Assembly: GCA_944371325.1 (NCBI GenBank)
Contig: CALVXO010000002.1
Location: 42,081-106,080 of the forward strand
Direction: 5' to 3'
DNA from: an uncultured Bacilli bacterium
GTDB taxonomy: Bacteria; Bacillota_I; Bacilli_A; RF39; UBA660
DNA length: 64,000 nt
A program made the position numbers and the translations under genes. Position 1 is the first letter of the stretch. Each line of letters starts with the position of its first letter. Positions 11,987 through 22,918 of the stretch are shown here, piece after piece. The notes beneath the pieces are model-generated. The model made no database searches and was not told where the DNA came from. It saw nothing but the letters and a program-made list of their open reading frames with translations.

Positions 11987-12013
11987 TTAGCAGTCTATTT
12001 TCTTAACTGCTAC
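11987..12013 (-). promoter_or_regulatory. Second, degenerate CIRCE-like inverted repeat at the predicted hrcA transcription start
   Basis: Gene-strand reading: gTAGCAGTT-aagaaaata-GACTGCTAA. It forms a 7-bp inverted repeat with a 9-11 nt spacer and lies immediately 5' of the hrcA RBS (AAGGTGGTGA). Confidence 0.55.
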
Positions 12014-12016
12014 TTC

Positions 12017-12059
12017 ATTATACTATTATATGTTAGCATTGTCAATATATGAGTGCTAA
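12017..12059 (-). promoter_or_regulatory. CIRCE operator overlapping a consensus sigma-A promoter for the hrcA operon
   Basis: Gene-strand reading: TTAGCACTC-atatattga-CAATGCTAA (12059->12033), against the consensus TTAGCACTC-N9-GAGTGCTAA. TTGACA (12045-12040), a 17-nt spacer and TATAAT (12022-12017) are embedded in or follow it. Confidence 0.85.
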
Positions 12060-12085
12060 AAAATTGAAATTTTGTAAAATTAAAA

Positions 12086-12114
12086 CCAACAGTTGATATT
12101 TAATCAAATGTTGG
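12086..12114 (-). terminator. Hairpin with a T-rich tail downstream of the pilin-like gene
   Basis: CCAACAGTTGAT-attta-ATCAAATGTTGG, a 12-bp stem with 1 mismatch. T-rich sequence follows on both strands. Confidence 0.5.
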
Positions 12115-12261
12115 TGTATTATTTTTCTTTACATCTTTTATCATATTATCAAATATCGATGTTTTATTTTTTACTCCCTTTGGCCACACGACTTCGCGTT
12201 CGTGAGAAAACTGACAAATTTCTTCGATATTTGCATAATTTAGTTTGCTTTACTAAATTAC

Positions 12262-13377
12262 TCAACTAATATCATCTGGATTAACATATTCTGGTGCCTC
12301 TAATTTAGAAACAATGTTAGATTTTGAGATATGAATAACTGGGCGAATCCCAGAATAGTCTGAAATACTAACAAGATCGTAATTAAGTGTACCTAAGGCA
12401 TCAAAACGCCATGCAAAACTAGGCGAAGACAAATAACTATAATTCATCGGTGTGCTTGTCCAGTAGCTAATTCCTGCATTATTATCTCCTGTTGTGGCTA
12501 AATTTATTGATACCCATTCTGGTAACAAGTATTTTTCTCCTCCTGCTGCGTTTATTGCTTCTTGGCATTCACTTCCACTAGAACAATTAACATCATTTTC
12601 AGATATAAATATATGATAATCCATAAAATATTTACTTTCCAAATTTTCTATTTCTCCACTTGATTCTAACTCCTTATAATAATCTGTTAATTTTAATATG
12701 TCTTCTGCGCTTGGTAAGTATTTCTCACTTACTCTATTCCATGTACTTGTTATTTCATTTAATGCTTTATTTGCTGTTACTGGACCAAATTCATATAAAT
12801 TTTGATTTTTTACTTCATCTGAGTCACTTGACCAATTTCCACCAGCTGCATTATAATCATTTTCACTTATCCATGCTACTGTTCCTCCTGGTAAGTTTCT
12901 ATCTAGTATTCCTACTATTTCATCTCCATTTACTTCTAAGACATAAATATTTTGAGTTTCACTATCACTTACTTGAACTTTTAGTAAATCTCCTACTGCA
13001 TATGTTGGTAAACTACATTCTTCACTATATTCATATATATATTGATTTTTACTATCACTCCAATTATATAATATACAACCAGGCATTGTTTTACTTGAAT
13101 CTCTTGGATCTAATATATCGCCATCTTTTAAAAATCCCGCATCTATTAATGTTTGAAAACTCAATTGTTTTTGACTTGTATTATAATTACCATTTTCAGT
13201 TACATACATTCTTGCTGCTTCTATAATATTGTCTTTTTGCCTTTCGTAAGCTTCATTTCTTGAATTAGTTAATGTATTGTCTATTATTGGAAATGTTATT
13301 AATGCTATAACAGCTAATAATAATAACACACCTAATAATTCAATTAACGTAAACGCATTTTTTTTCAAATTTATCAT
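12262..13377 (-). CDS. Type IV pilin / pseudopilin-like protein with a large C-terminal domain
   Basis: Class III (prepilin) signal: MINLKKNA|FTLIELLGVLLLLAVIALITFPII, with Glu at +5. It is 371 aa, far longer than ComGC-type pilins. The C-terminal YWTSTP...SFAWRFDALGTL...GIRPVIHI weakly resembles DUF1566/Lcl-type lectin-like domains. Confidence 0.7.
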   Translation of the reverse strand: MINLKKNAFTLIELLGVLLLLAVIALITFPIIDNTLTNSRNEAYERQKDNIIEAARMYVTENGNYNTSQKQLSFQTLIDAGFLKDGDILDPRDSSKTMPGCILYNWSDSKNQYIYEYSEECSLPTYAVGDLLKVQVSDSETQNIYVLEVNGDEIVGILDRNLPGGTVAWISENDYNAAGGNWSSDSDEVKNQNLYEFGPVTANKALNEITSTWNRVSEKYLPSAEDILKLTDYYKELESSGEIENLESKYFMDYHIFISENDVNCSSGSECQEAINAAGGEKYLLPEWVSINLATTGDNNAGISYWTSTPMNYSYLSSPSFAWRFDALGTLNYDLVSISDYSGIRPVIHISKSNIVSKLEAPEYVNPDDIS

Positions 13378-13459
13378 CTCCTATTATTAATTATAAACTA
13401 TAATTAATTTTAATGCAATAATTTATTTTAAATAAAACATAATAATAATGGTGAATTAT

Positions 13460-13903
13460 ATGGTATATTTATTCATATTTATTTGTAAAATATTAGAAAA
13501 TAGTATTGGAACATTAAGATTAATAATTGTTTCAAATGGAAAAAAATTAGAAGGAGCTATATTAAATTTTATTTTATCTTTTATTTGGATAATATCAACT
13601 AGTTTAGTTGTATTAAATAATAATATATATAAAATATTAATCTTTGCCATTGGTTCTTTAATAGGTAGTTATATAGGATCTATACTAGAAGAAAAAATTG
13701 CTTTAGGTAATAATATGTTATTTATAATAAGTAATAAATATAAAAAAATAAGTAAATTAGAAAATACTTATTTGATAAATAAAGATATATTAATGATTAT
13801 GGTTAAAAGAAAAAAAAGAAAAGAAATTATTGATAAAATATTAAATATTGATAATAAAGCTATAATAATATCTGAATCAGCTAAACAATTAGTTTTTAAA
13901 TAA
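13460..13903 (+). CDS. UPF0316 (DUF5698/DUF2179, YebE-like) membrane protein
   Basis: N-terminal pattern ILENSIGTLRLIIVSNGKKLEGAILNFILSFIWI, plus three TM helices and a short soluble tail. Start set at the ATG after GGTGA. Confidence 0.55.
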   Translation: MVYLFIFICKILENSIGTLRLIIVSNGKKLEGAILNFILSFIWIISTSLVVLNNNIYKILIFAIGSLIGSYIGSILEEKIALGNNMLFIISNKYKKISKLENTYLINKDILMIMVKRKKRKEIIDKILNIDNKAIIISESAKQLVFK

Positions 13904-14530
13904 ATAAGGATTATCAGTAATGATATTATAATTATCTAAATCATCTTTATATTCATTGATTGTCCATAAAAATGTTTCTTTTTTATTATATATTTTACGA
14001 TGTTTATAACTTAAAATATTATAATCAAAGTTATTATATTTTCTTTCTAAGTTTATACCATTACCTATTATTAATCCACATTTATTATATTTATTACTAA
14101 AATATTTAATTAAATCATAATTAAAACTTGCTATATAAATATTTAATTTATATTTTTTTATTATGTTATAAACAATATCAACAAATTCTTTAAAATTATT
14201 ACTCTCTTCTTTTAATTCAATTAATATTTTTTTATTATTTTTAATATTATCTAACAATTCTTTTAATAAACATATTTTACTAGGATTTTCTTTTGTTCCA
14301 AAATTATATTTTAATAATTTTTTATATTTTAATTTTTTAACTAAACCACTACCATTACTAACTAAATTAATAATAGGATCATGAATTATTACTATTTTTT
14401 TATCTTTAGTAATTCTTACATCAAATTCAATTCCATCAATAAAATCTAAATTAATTGCAGTTAGTAATGCTTGTTTAGTATTTTTTTTATATTTGCTTAC
14501 ATTAGATCCTCTATGAGATATTATATTCAA
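13889..14530 (-). CDS. Glycerophosphodiester phosphodiesterase family protein
   Basis: GDPD signature HRG...(E)FDVRITKDKKIVIIHDP near the N-terminus; 213 aa. Confidence 0.75.
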   Translation of the reverse strand: MNIISHRGSNVSKYKKNTKQALLTAINLDFIDGIEFDVRITKDKKIVIIHDPIINLVSNGSGLVKKLKYKKLLKYNFGTKENPSKICLLKELLDNIKNNKKILIELKEESNNFKEFVDIVYNIIKKYKLNIYIASFNYDLIKYFSNKYNKCGLIIGNGINLERKYNNFDYNILSYKHRKIYNKKETFLWTINEYKDDLDNYNIITDNPYLFKN

Positions 14531-14569
14531 TATATCACCTTATTAAATAATATGAAAAAAAGTTTTAAT

Positions 14570-15232
14570 TTACAAAACTTTTTCTAAATATTTACAAATT
14601 TCTTCATTTATTTCATCTATTGATTTCATTTGATTATTAGTAGTACAATCTATTTTAACAAAATTATATAATGATGATAATTCTAAATAAGCATTTTCAG
14701 CATGTTTTAAATGATCTAAATTGGATTCATGTTGATCGAATGCTTCAGTTCTATTTTTTCTTATTTCCAAGGAAACTTCTAATGGAACATATAAAAATAT
14801 TTTAACATCTGGTTTAGGTAGTTCTAGCAAATCAAATTCTAATTTTTCTAACCATTTATACATTTTATGTCTTTCTTTAGTATCTTTTATTTTTCCGCCT
14901 TGATGAGCCATATTTGAATATACATATCTATCTAATATAATATTATATCCATCATCTAGCATTTGATTAATTTTATCAATATTATATTTTCTATCAGCTG
15001 CATAATAAAGAGAAGAAACTTTAGGATCTACTTTATCAGCACCTTCTTTAAACCATCCATCACATATATACGATTTACCTAAATAAGGTCCTCCGATTAT
15101 TTTTCCGGTTGGAGAATCATAGTTAGGAAATGAGAAATATTTGTAATTATTAAATTTTTCAATTATTATTTTACTTTGTGTTTCTTTTCCTGAACAATCA
15201 GTACCTTCAATAACTATTATTTTACCTCTCAT
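14570..15232 (-). CDS. tmk: Thymidylate (dTMP) kinase
   Basis: P-loop IVIEGTDCSGKETQ, a DRY-like motif (LDRYVYSN), and a lid region. It overlaps folA by 4 nt. Confidence 0.8.
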   Translation of the reverse strand: MRGKIIVIEGTDCSGKETQSKIIIEKFNNYKYFSFPNYDSPTGKIIGGPYLGKSYICDGWFKEGADKVDPKVSSLYYAADRKYNIDKINQMLDDGYNIILDRYVYSNMAHQGGKIKDTKERHKMYKWLEKLEFDLLELPKPDVKIFLYVPLEVSLEIRKNRTEAFDQHESNLDHLKHAENAYLELSSLYNFVKIDCTTNNQMKSIDEINEEICKYLEKVL

Positions 15233-15705
15233 AATTTTCTCCTTTTATATAGTGTGAACTGATAAGATACTCCATTATCATTTTCTTCACCTAGAATTTC
15301 TTTATCATATAAAGTTTTATCAAAATAAGGAAAATAAACATCACATTTCTTTGAATCATTTATTTCTGTTAAATATATATTATCTGCTATATCAATAAAT
15401 AATTTATAAATAGAAGCTCCACCTATTATAAATACATCTTTATTTTTTATAAATTTTAATAATTCATTATAATCTTTAAAATGAATAACTTCATCAACAA
15501 AATCACTATGATTATATGATAAAACAATATGAGTTCTATTAGGTAACAATCTACCTAATGATACAAAAGTATTATAGCCCATTACAATAATATGATTATT
15601 AGTTTTTTCTTTAAAAAATTTTAAATCTTTAGGTAAACGCCACAATAATTGGTTATTTAAACCCAATTCATTATTTTTACCTACTGCTGCTATTATATTT
15701 ATCAT
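15229..15705 (-). CDS. folA: Dihydrofolate reductase
   Basis: IIAAVGKNNELGLNNQLLWRLPKDLKFFKEKT...IVMGYNTF...IIGGASIY; 158 aa. It overlaps thyA by 4 nt. Confidence 0.9.
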   Translation of the reverse strand: MINIIAAVGKNNELGLNNQLLWRLPKDLKFFKEKTNNHIIVMGYNTFVSLGRLLPNRTHIVLSYNHSDFVDEVIHFKDYNELLKFIKNKDVFIIGGASIYKLFIDIADNIYLTEINDSKKCDVYFPYFDKTLYDKEILGEENDNGVSYQFTLYKRRKL

Positions 15706-16589
15706 TTTGCAATATCAAACTTTATTGAGCCATGATGTTTATATTGTAATACTTTTATATCTTTACAATCTTTTGAATTATCAAATTTATAAAAATCTTT
15801 AATGTTAGGATTTATCCATAATTTAGGAGCAATTATATCTTCTAAAGTTTCATATCTTTTGATTTGTTCTTTAATTCCCTTTAACTGATTAATATATATG
15901 TGTGCATCTTTAATACTCCAATCTAAGGTACCTGCTTTTAAATCACATACTTGAGCTATTAAAGACAATAATACAGCATATTGAGTTATATTGAATGGTA
16001 AACCTAAAGGAACATCACAACTTCTTTGATGAACCCACATATTTAATTTACCATCAGTTACATCCCATTCACTAGACCAAACACAACTTGGCAATACCGC
16101 TGTTTTTAAATATTCATTTTGCCATAAAGATATGAGCATTCTACGATCATTTGGATTATTTTTTAATGTATCTATTAATTGATATTTTCTAACTATATAC
16201 CCATAGGCTGTTCCTATCGTATGCGCATATTTTTTATCAAACTCTTTAGTTATTTCTTTAGTTACAACTTTACCATCTTCTAATACTCTTTGATTTGCCT
16301 TCCAAAGCCCATTTTCATCTATTTCCCATTCATCCCAAATGTGAACGTTTCTTTCTTGTAACCATCTAACATCATTAGATTGAGCTTGATATATCCATAA
16401 CATTTCTAATATAGCTTGTCTAAAATATAATTGTTTTGTTGTTAAAACTGGAAATTCTTCATCTAAATCAAAATGTAGATGATAACTAGGTATTTTGATT
16501 GTATTAATTCCTGTCCTATTTTCAACTTCTTTTCCTTCTTTTAATATTTTTTTACATAATCTAATATATTCACTATCCCATTTCGTCAT
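15702..16589 (-). CDS. thyA: Thymidylate synthase (ThyA type)
   Basis: NRTGINT, WDEW, LPSC (catalytic Cys region), HQRSCDVPLGLPFNI and DAHIY motifs. Confidence 0.9.
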   Translation of the reverse strand: MTKWDSEYIRLCKKILKEGKEVENRTGINTIKIPSYHLHFDLDEEFPVLTTKQLYFRQAILEMLWIYQAQSNDVRWLQERNVHIWDEWEIDENGLWKANQRVLEDGKVVTKEITKEFDKKYAHTIGTAYGYIVRKYQLIDTLKNNPNDRRMLISLWQNEYLKTAVLPSCVWSSEWDVTDGKLNMWVHQRSCDVPLGLPFNITQYAVLLSLIAQVCDLKAGTLDWSIKDAHIYINQLKGIKEQIKRYETLEDIIAPKLWINPNIKDFYKFDNSKDCKDIKVLQYKHHGSIKFDIAK

Positions 16590-16618
16590 ACTACCACCTA
16601 TATTTAATATTATATTAA

Positions 16619-17692
16619 TTATATTTTTAAGTCAATAAAATTAACTAAAATAGTATTAGATATATAAATATACTTAGGATTTATTTTTAATTTGTCTGTT
16701 AAAATTAATTTATTTTCTTTTATCAATTGCTTTACAATACCTATACTTGTAATATCAATATTATATTTTTTATAAAAATCATTAACATCAATACCATCTA
16801 TTTTTCTTAAACCTAAAATAAATTCATTAGAAATAGTTTCATTTAAATCTAATTCATGTTTATCTAAAATATATTTACCATTTATATAATTTTGGTATGA
16901 TTTAGTATTATCATATCTAACATTACCTATATAACCAGAGGCTCCTAAACCAAAACCATAATAATTTAAATTATTCCAATAAACTAAATTATGTTTTGAT
17001 TCATAATTTTTAAGAGCAAAGTTACTTATTTCATAATGATGATATTTGTTTAATTTTTTATTAATCAATTTATACATTTCGTAATCTAAATCTTCATCAA
17101 TATTAGATACATTATCAATATATAATTTAGTATGTGGTTCAATTATTAATGAATAAGTTGAAATATGGTTAACATCTAAACTTAAAATAAAATCTAAATC
17201 ATTATTTAATTCTTCTAATGTTTCTCCCGGTATTGCGTATATCAAATCAACATTAATATTAAAATTATATTCTTTTAATAATTTAATTAAATTTACTACT
17301 TCTTCTTTGGTATGATTTCTATTTAAAAATTTTAAATATTTAGGATTTACTGTTTGAACACCAATACTTATTCTATTAACACCATATTGTTTTAATAATT
17401 TAATTTTATCTATTGATAAATCAACATTAGTTTCTACTGTAAATTCTATTGTATTTTTATTAAATAAATTAGTAAGTTTTAATAATCTTTCTAATTGACT
17501 TATATCTAAACAAGTTGGTGTCCCACCACCAATATAAATAGTATCAACTAATTCACCTTTATAATTTAATTTAATTTCTTTTTCTAATGAATCTAAATAA
17601 TTATCTACCCAATTAGAATTGTAGTAAAATTTACAAAAATCACAATATGAACAAATACTTTTACAAAATGGAATATGGATATAAATTGACAT
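16619..17692 (-). CDS. hemW: Radical SAM heme chaperone HemW (HemN-like, YqeR)
   Basis: IYIHIPFCKSICSYCDFC (CxxxCxxC), GGGTP, and a HemN C-terminal domain. It sits downstream of lepA, as in B. subtilis. Confidence 0.85.
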   Translation of the reverse strand: MSIYIHIPFCKSICSYCDFCKFYYNSNWVDNYLDSLEKEIKLNYKGELVDTIYIGGGTPTCLDISQLERLLKLTNLFNKNTIEFTVETNVDLSIDKIKLLKQYGVNRISIGVQTVNPKYLKFLNRNHTKEEVVNLIKLLKEYNFNINVDLIYAIPGETLEELNNDLDFILSLDVNHISTYSLIIEPHTKLYIDNVSNIDEDLDYEMYKLINKKLNKYHHYEISNFALKNYESKHNLVYWNNLNYYGFGLGASGYIGNVRYDNTKSYQNYINGKYILDKHELDLNETISNEFILGLRKIDGIDVNDFYKKYNIDITSIGIVKQLIKENKLILTDKLKINPKYIYISNTILVNFIDLKI

Positions 17693-17724
17693 AACATCAC
17701 CTTTTTAATTATAACAAAAAATAC

Positions 17725-17979
17725 TTATTTTTTTAAGTATTTTCTTTTTGTGGCTTCGCCACCTCTAATATGTTTTAAAGAATTATTCTCTTTTAAAACT
17801 GTAGAAACTTCATCATATAATTTATCATCATATTGTGGCAACAAACAACTTACATCATTGTAAACAGTTGATTTGCTAACATGAAAATTTTCTGCAGTTT
17901 CTCTAATTGTTGCTTTTTTATCAATTATAAATCTTGTTTCACTCATTACACGAGCATAAAGTTCTAAACCATAAATCAT
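17725..17979 (-). CDS. spoIIID: Stage III sporulation transcription regulator SpoIIID
   Basis: 84 aa. ...TIRETAENFHVSKSTVYNDVSCLLPQYDDKLYDEVSTVLKENNSLKHIRGGEATKRKY aligns along its length with B. subtilis SpoIIID (FGVSKSTVHKDL...HLRGGEATKLKY). Confidence 0.9.
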   Translation of the reverse strand: MIYGLELYARVMSETRFIIDKKATIRETAENFHVSKSTVYNDVSCLLPQYDDKLYDEVSTVLKENNSLKHIRGGEATKRKYLKK

Positions 17980-17994
17980 TTTTTTACCTCCTAC

Positions 17995-19782
17995 TTATTC
18001 TTCATCTACTTTTAAAACTGCTAAGAATGCTTCTTCTGGTATTTCAACTCTTCCTACCATCTTCATTCTCTTTTTACCTTCTTTTTGTTTTTCTAATAAT
18101 TTTCTTTTTCTTGAAACATCTCCACCATAACATTTAGCTAAAACATCTTTTCTTACTGCTTTAATTGTTTCTCTTGCTATTACTTTATTACCAATACTAG
18201 CTTGAACAGGAACTTCAAATTGTTGTCTTGGAATCATTTTTCTTAATGTTTCAACAATATTTTTACCACGCTTATATGCGAAATCTTTATGAACAATCAC
18301 ACTTAAAGCATCAACTACTTCACCATTTAATAGTATATCCATTTTAACTAAATCACTTGATTTATATCCTATTATTTCATAATCAAACGATGCATAACCT
18401 TTAGAAATACTTTTTAGTCTATCAAAGAAATCATAAACTATTTCTGATAGAGGTATTTCATAGTGAATATTAACTCTTGTTTTATCAATATATTCCATTG
18501 ATACATAATTACCTCTTTTATCTTGACACAATTCCATAATAGGACCAATATAATTAGATGGCACGAAAATAGATGTTCTAATGTATGGTTCTTTTATATC
18601 TTTTATTTTAACCTTATCAGGCATTTTACTTGGGCTATCTATGTTAATAATCGTGTTGTCAGTTAATTCTACTTCATAAATAACAGATGGACTAGTAACA
18701 ATTAAATTTATATTAAATTCCCTTTCAATTCTTTCTTTAATTATTTCTAAATGTAATAGTCCTAAAAAGCCACATCTAAAACCAAATCCTAATGCTTTAG
18801 AAGTTTCTGGAGTAAATTGTAATGATGCATCGTTTAATTTTAATTTTTCTAAAGCTTCTCTTAAATCAGGATACTTAGAAGTTTCGATTGGATAAATTCC
18901 AGAAAAAACCATTGGTTTCATTGGCTTATAACCTGGTAATATATCTTTAGCTTGATTATTTTCTAGAGTAATTGTATCTCCTACTTTAATATCCGATATA
19001 TCTTTAATAGAAGCACATAAATAACCAACTTCACCTGCTACTAATTCATTTTTCTTAACTTCTTTAGGAGTATTAACACCTAACTCGACTACTTCTTCAA
19101 CTTTTTCAGTAGCCATTAATTTTATTTTATCACCAACTTTTACTTTTCCATTTACAACTCTAATTAAAACAACAACACCCCTATAAGCATCATAAAAACT
19201 ATCAAATATTAAAGCTTGTAATGGTTTATTTATATCACCTTTAGGACTAGGTATTTTATTTACTATTTCTTCTACTAATTCTTTTATACCTATTCCATTT
19301 TTAGCTGAAGTTAAAATAATTTCATTTTTATTAAATCCTAAAGTTTCTTCTAATTCTTTAGTAACTTTTTCTATATCAGCGTTTGGTAAATCTATTTTAT
19401 TAATAACTGGAATAATAGTTAAATTAGAATCTAAAGCCAAATATAGATTAGCTAAAGTTTGAGCTTCGATTCCTTGAGCAGCATCAACTACTAATATAGC
19501 ACCTTCACAAGCCGCTAGTGATCTTGATACTTCATAATTAAAATCGACATGTCCCGGAGTATCAATTAAATGTAATATATAATCCTTATATTTTAATTGA
19601 ACAGCATTTAACTTAATTGTTATTCCTCTTTCTCTTTCTATATCCATGTTGTCTAACAATTGATCTTGTTTTTCTCTATCAGTTATTGCTCCAGTTACTT
19701 CTAATATTCTATCAGCTAAAGTACTTTTACCATGATCAATATGAGCAATAATTGAAAAATTTCGGATGTTTTCTTGTTTCAT
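17995..19782 (-). CDS. lepA: Translation elongation factor 4 (LepA)
   Basis: [26 protein letters not shown] and a LepA C-terminal domain. Start set at the ATG after GGTGA. TTGTAA-17-TATAAT lies upstream. Confidence 0.97.
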   Translation of the reverse strand: MKQENIRNFSIIAHIDHGKSTLADRILEVTGAITDREKQDQLLDNMDIERERGITIKLNAVQLKYKDYILHLIDTPGHVDFNYEVSRSLAACEGAILVVDAAQGIEAQTLANLYLALDSNLTIIPVINKIDLPNADIEKVTKELEETLGFNKNEIILTSAKNGIGIKELVEEIVNKIPSPKGDINKPLQALIFDSFYDAYRGVVVLIRVVNGKVKVGDKIKLMATEKVEEVVELGVNTPKEVKKNELVAGEVGYLCASIKDISDIKVGDTITLENNQAKDILPGYKPMKPMVFSGIYPIETSKYPDLREALEKLKLNDASLQFTPETSKALGFGFRCGFLGLLHLEIIKERIEREFNINLIVTSPSVIYEVELTDNTIINIDSPSKMPDKVKIKDIKEPYIRTSIFVPSNYIGPIMELCQDKRGNYVSMEYIDKTRVNIHYEIPLSEIVYDFFDRLKSISKGYASFDYEIIGYKSSDLVKMDILLNGEVVDALSVIVHKDFAYKRGKNIVETLRKMIPRQQFEVPVQASIGNKVIARETIKAVRKDVLAKCYGGDVSRKRKLLEKQKEGKKRMKMVGRVEIPEEAFLAVLKVDEE

Positions 19783-19828
19783 GTAAATCACCATTTATAT
19801 TATATATTAAAAAAAATATATTTACAAG

Positions 19829-19857
19829 AAAAAAACTTATAAGTGTTTCCTTATAAG
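19829..19857 (-). terminator. Rho-independent terminator after valS
   Basis: Minus-strand reading: CTTATAAG-gaaaca-CTTATAAG followed by TTTTTTT. Confidence 0.75.
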
Positions 19858-19860
19858 CAT

Positions 19861-22374
<2,514 letters not shown>

Positions 22375-22390
22375 AAAATTCCTCCTATTA

Positions 22391-22570
22391 AAAAAAATCA
22401 CATCCTAATAAGGACGTGATTGAACGTGGTACCACCTTAATTTATACTCTAAGACTATAACGCGTCACCCTTAGCTCCAAAGACTACTTCATTAAAGATT
22501 ATTAAATGTTTTCACCAACCACATTCTCTCTATAAATAACTACTTTAATTACTCCTTCTTCATCAACACT
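22391..22570 (-). promoter_or_regulatory. T-box leader (Val specifier) controlling valS
   Basis: Minus-strand reading: stem I base TTGATGAAGAAGGAGTA, AGAGA motif, specifier-loop GAA-GUA-G (GUA = Val, plus strand 22485-22487), T-box sequence AAGGTGGTACCACG (22425-22438), and terminator ATCACGTCC..GGATGTGAT plus T8. Promoter TTGTTA (22605-22600), 17-nt spacer, TATTAT (22582-22577). Confidence 0.9.
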
Positions 22571-22685
22571 GTTAATATAATAACATATTTTATTTTTTTT
22601 AACAATATTTAAATAAATAAAATTTTAATTTTGTTAATAGGAGGTGGTCCTATGATATATACTATAGAAAGGAACACTAGTTTAA

Positions 22686-22754
22686 ATGCAACAACTTATT
22701 GCATTTGCTTTAATTGTATTCTATACAATTCTAATCCTTAAAAATAAGGATTAA
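22686..22754 (+). CDS. Candidate 22-aa hydrophobic peptide (type I toxin-like)
   Basis: Own translation: MQQLIAFALIVFYTILILKNKD, one TM helix plus a charged tail. The ATG is buried in a perfect 8-bp hairpin (AAATGCAA/TTGCATTT, 22684-22706). Only a weak AAAGGA RBS lies 12 nt upstream. It converges on the sRNA candidate. Not in the track. Confidence 0.3.
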   Translation: MQQLIAFALIVFYTILILKNKD

Positions 22755-22756
22755 TA

Positions 22757-22875
22757 AATGAAAACACCGAATCATCTTTGAAACGGTGCTTTCCCCAAAA
22801 AAATTTTATAGAGAAAACACTTAACATCACCAATTAAATGTAACTCTTTTTTATTTTATGAGATTTCTCTCATCT
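22757..22875 (-). ncRNA. Candidate small RNA of about 120 nt (promoter + terminator, no ORF)
   Basis: Minus strand: TTGACA (22910-22905), 17-nt spacer, TAAAAT (22887-22882), immediately after the stop of the upstream gene. A 5' hairpin ATGAGA-gaaa-TCTCAT is present. Terminator CACCG-N14-CGGTG (22788-22765) is followed by TTTTCATTTATT. The ends are estimates. Confidence 0.4.
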
Positions 22876-22918
22876 ATATACATTTTACTATAAATTAATT
22901 AAATTGTCAAATATTAAT

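Noticed and set aside
12660-13226. 188-aa plus-strand ORF antisense to the pilin-like gene
   Set aside because: The translation is Leu/His-rich and low-complexity with no RBS. It is a typical open antisense frame in AT-rich DNA, while the minus-strand frame has a clear prepilin signal.
22652-22741. 29-aa ORF (MIYTIERNTSLNATTYCICFNCILYNSNP) behind a strong AGGAGG
   Set aside because: The AGGAGG is itself sequestered in the hairpin ATAGGA-ggtgg-TCCTAT and probably lies in the spacer of the putative plus-strand promoter. The peptide has no recognisable features. It is kept only as an alternative to the 22-aa hydrophobic ORF.
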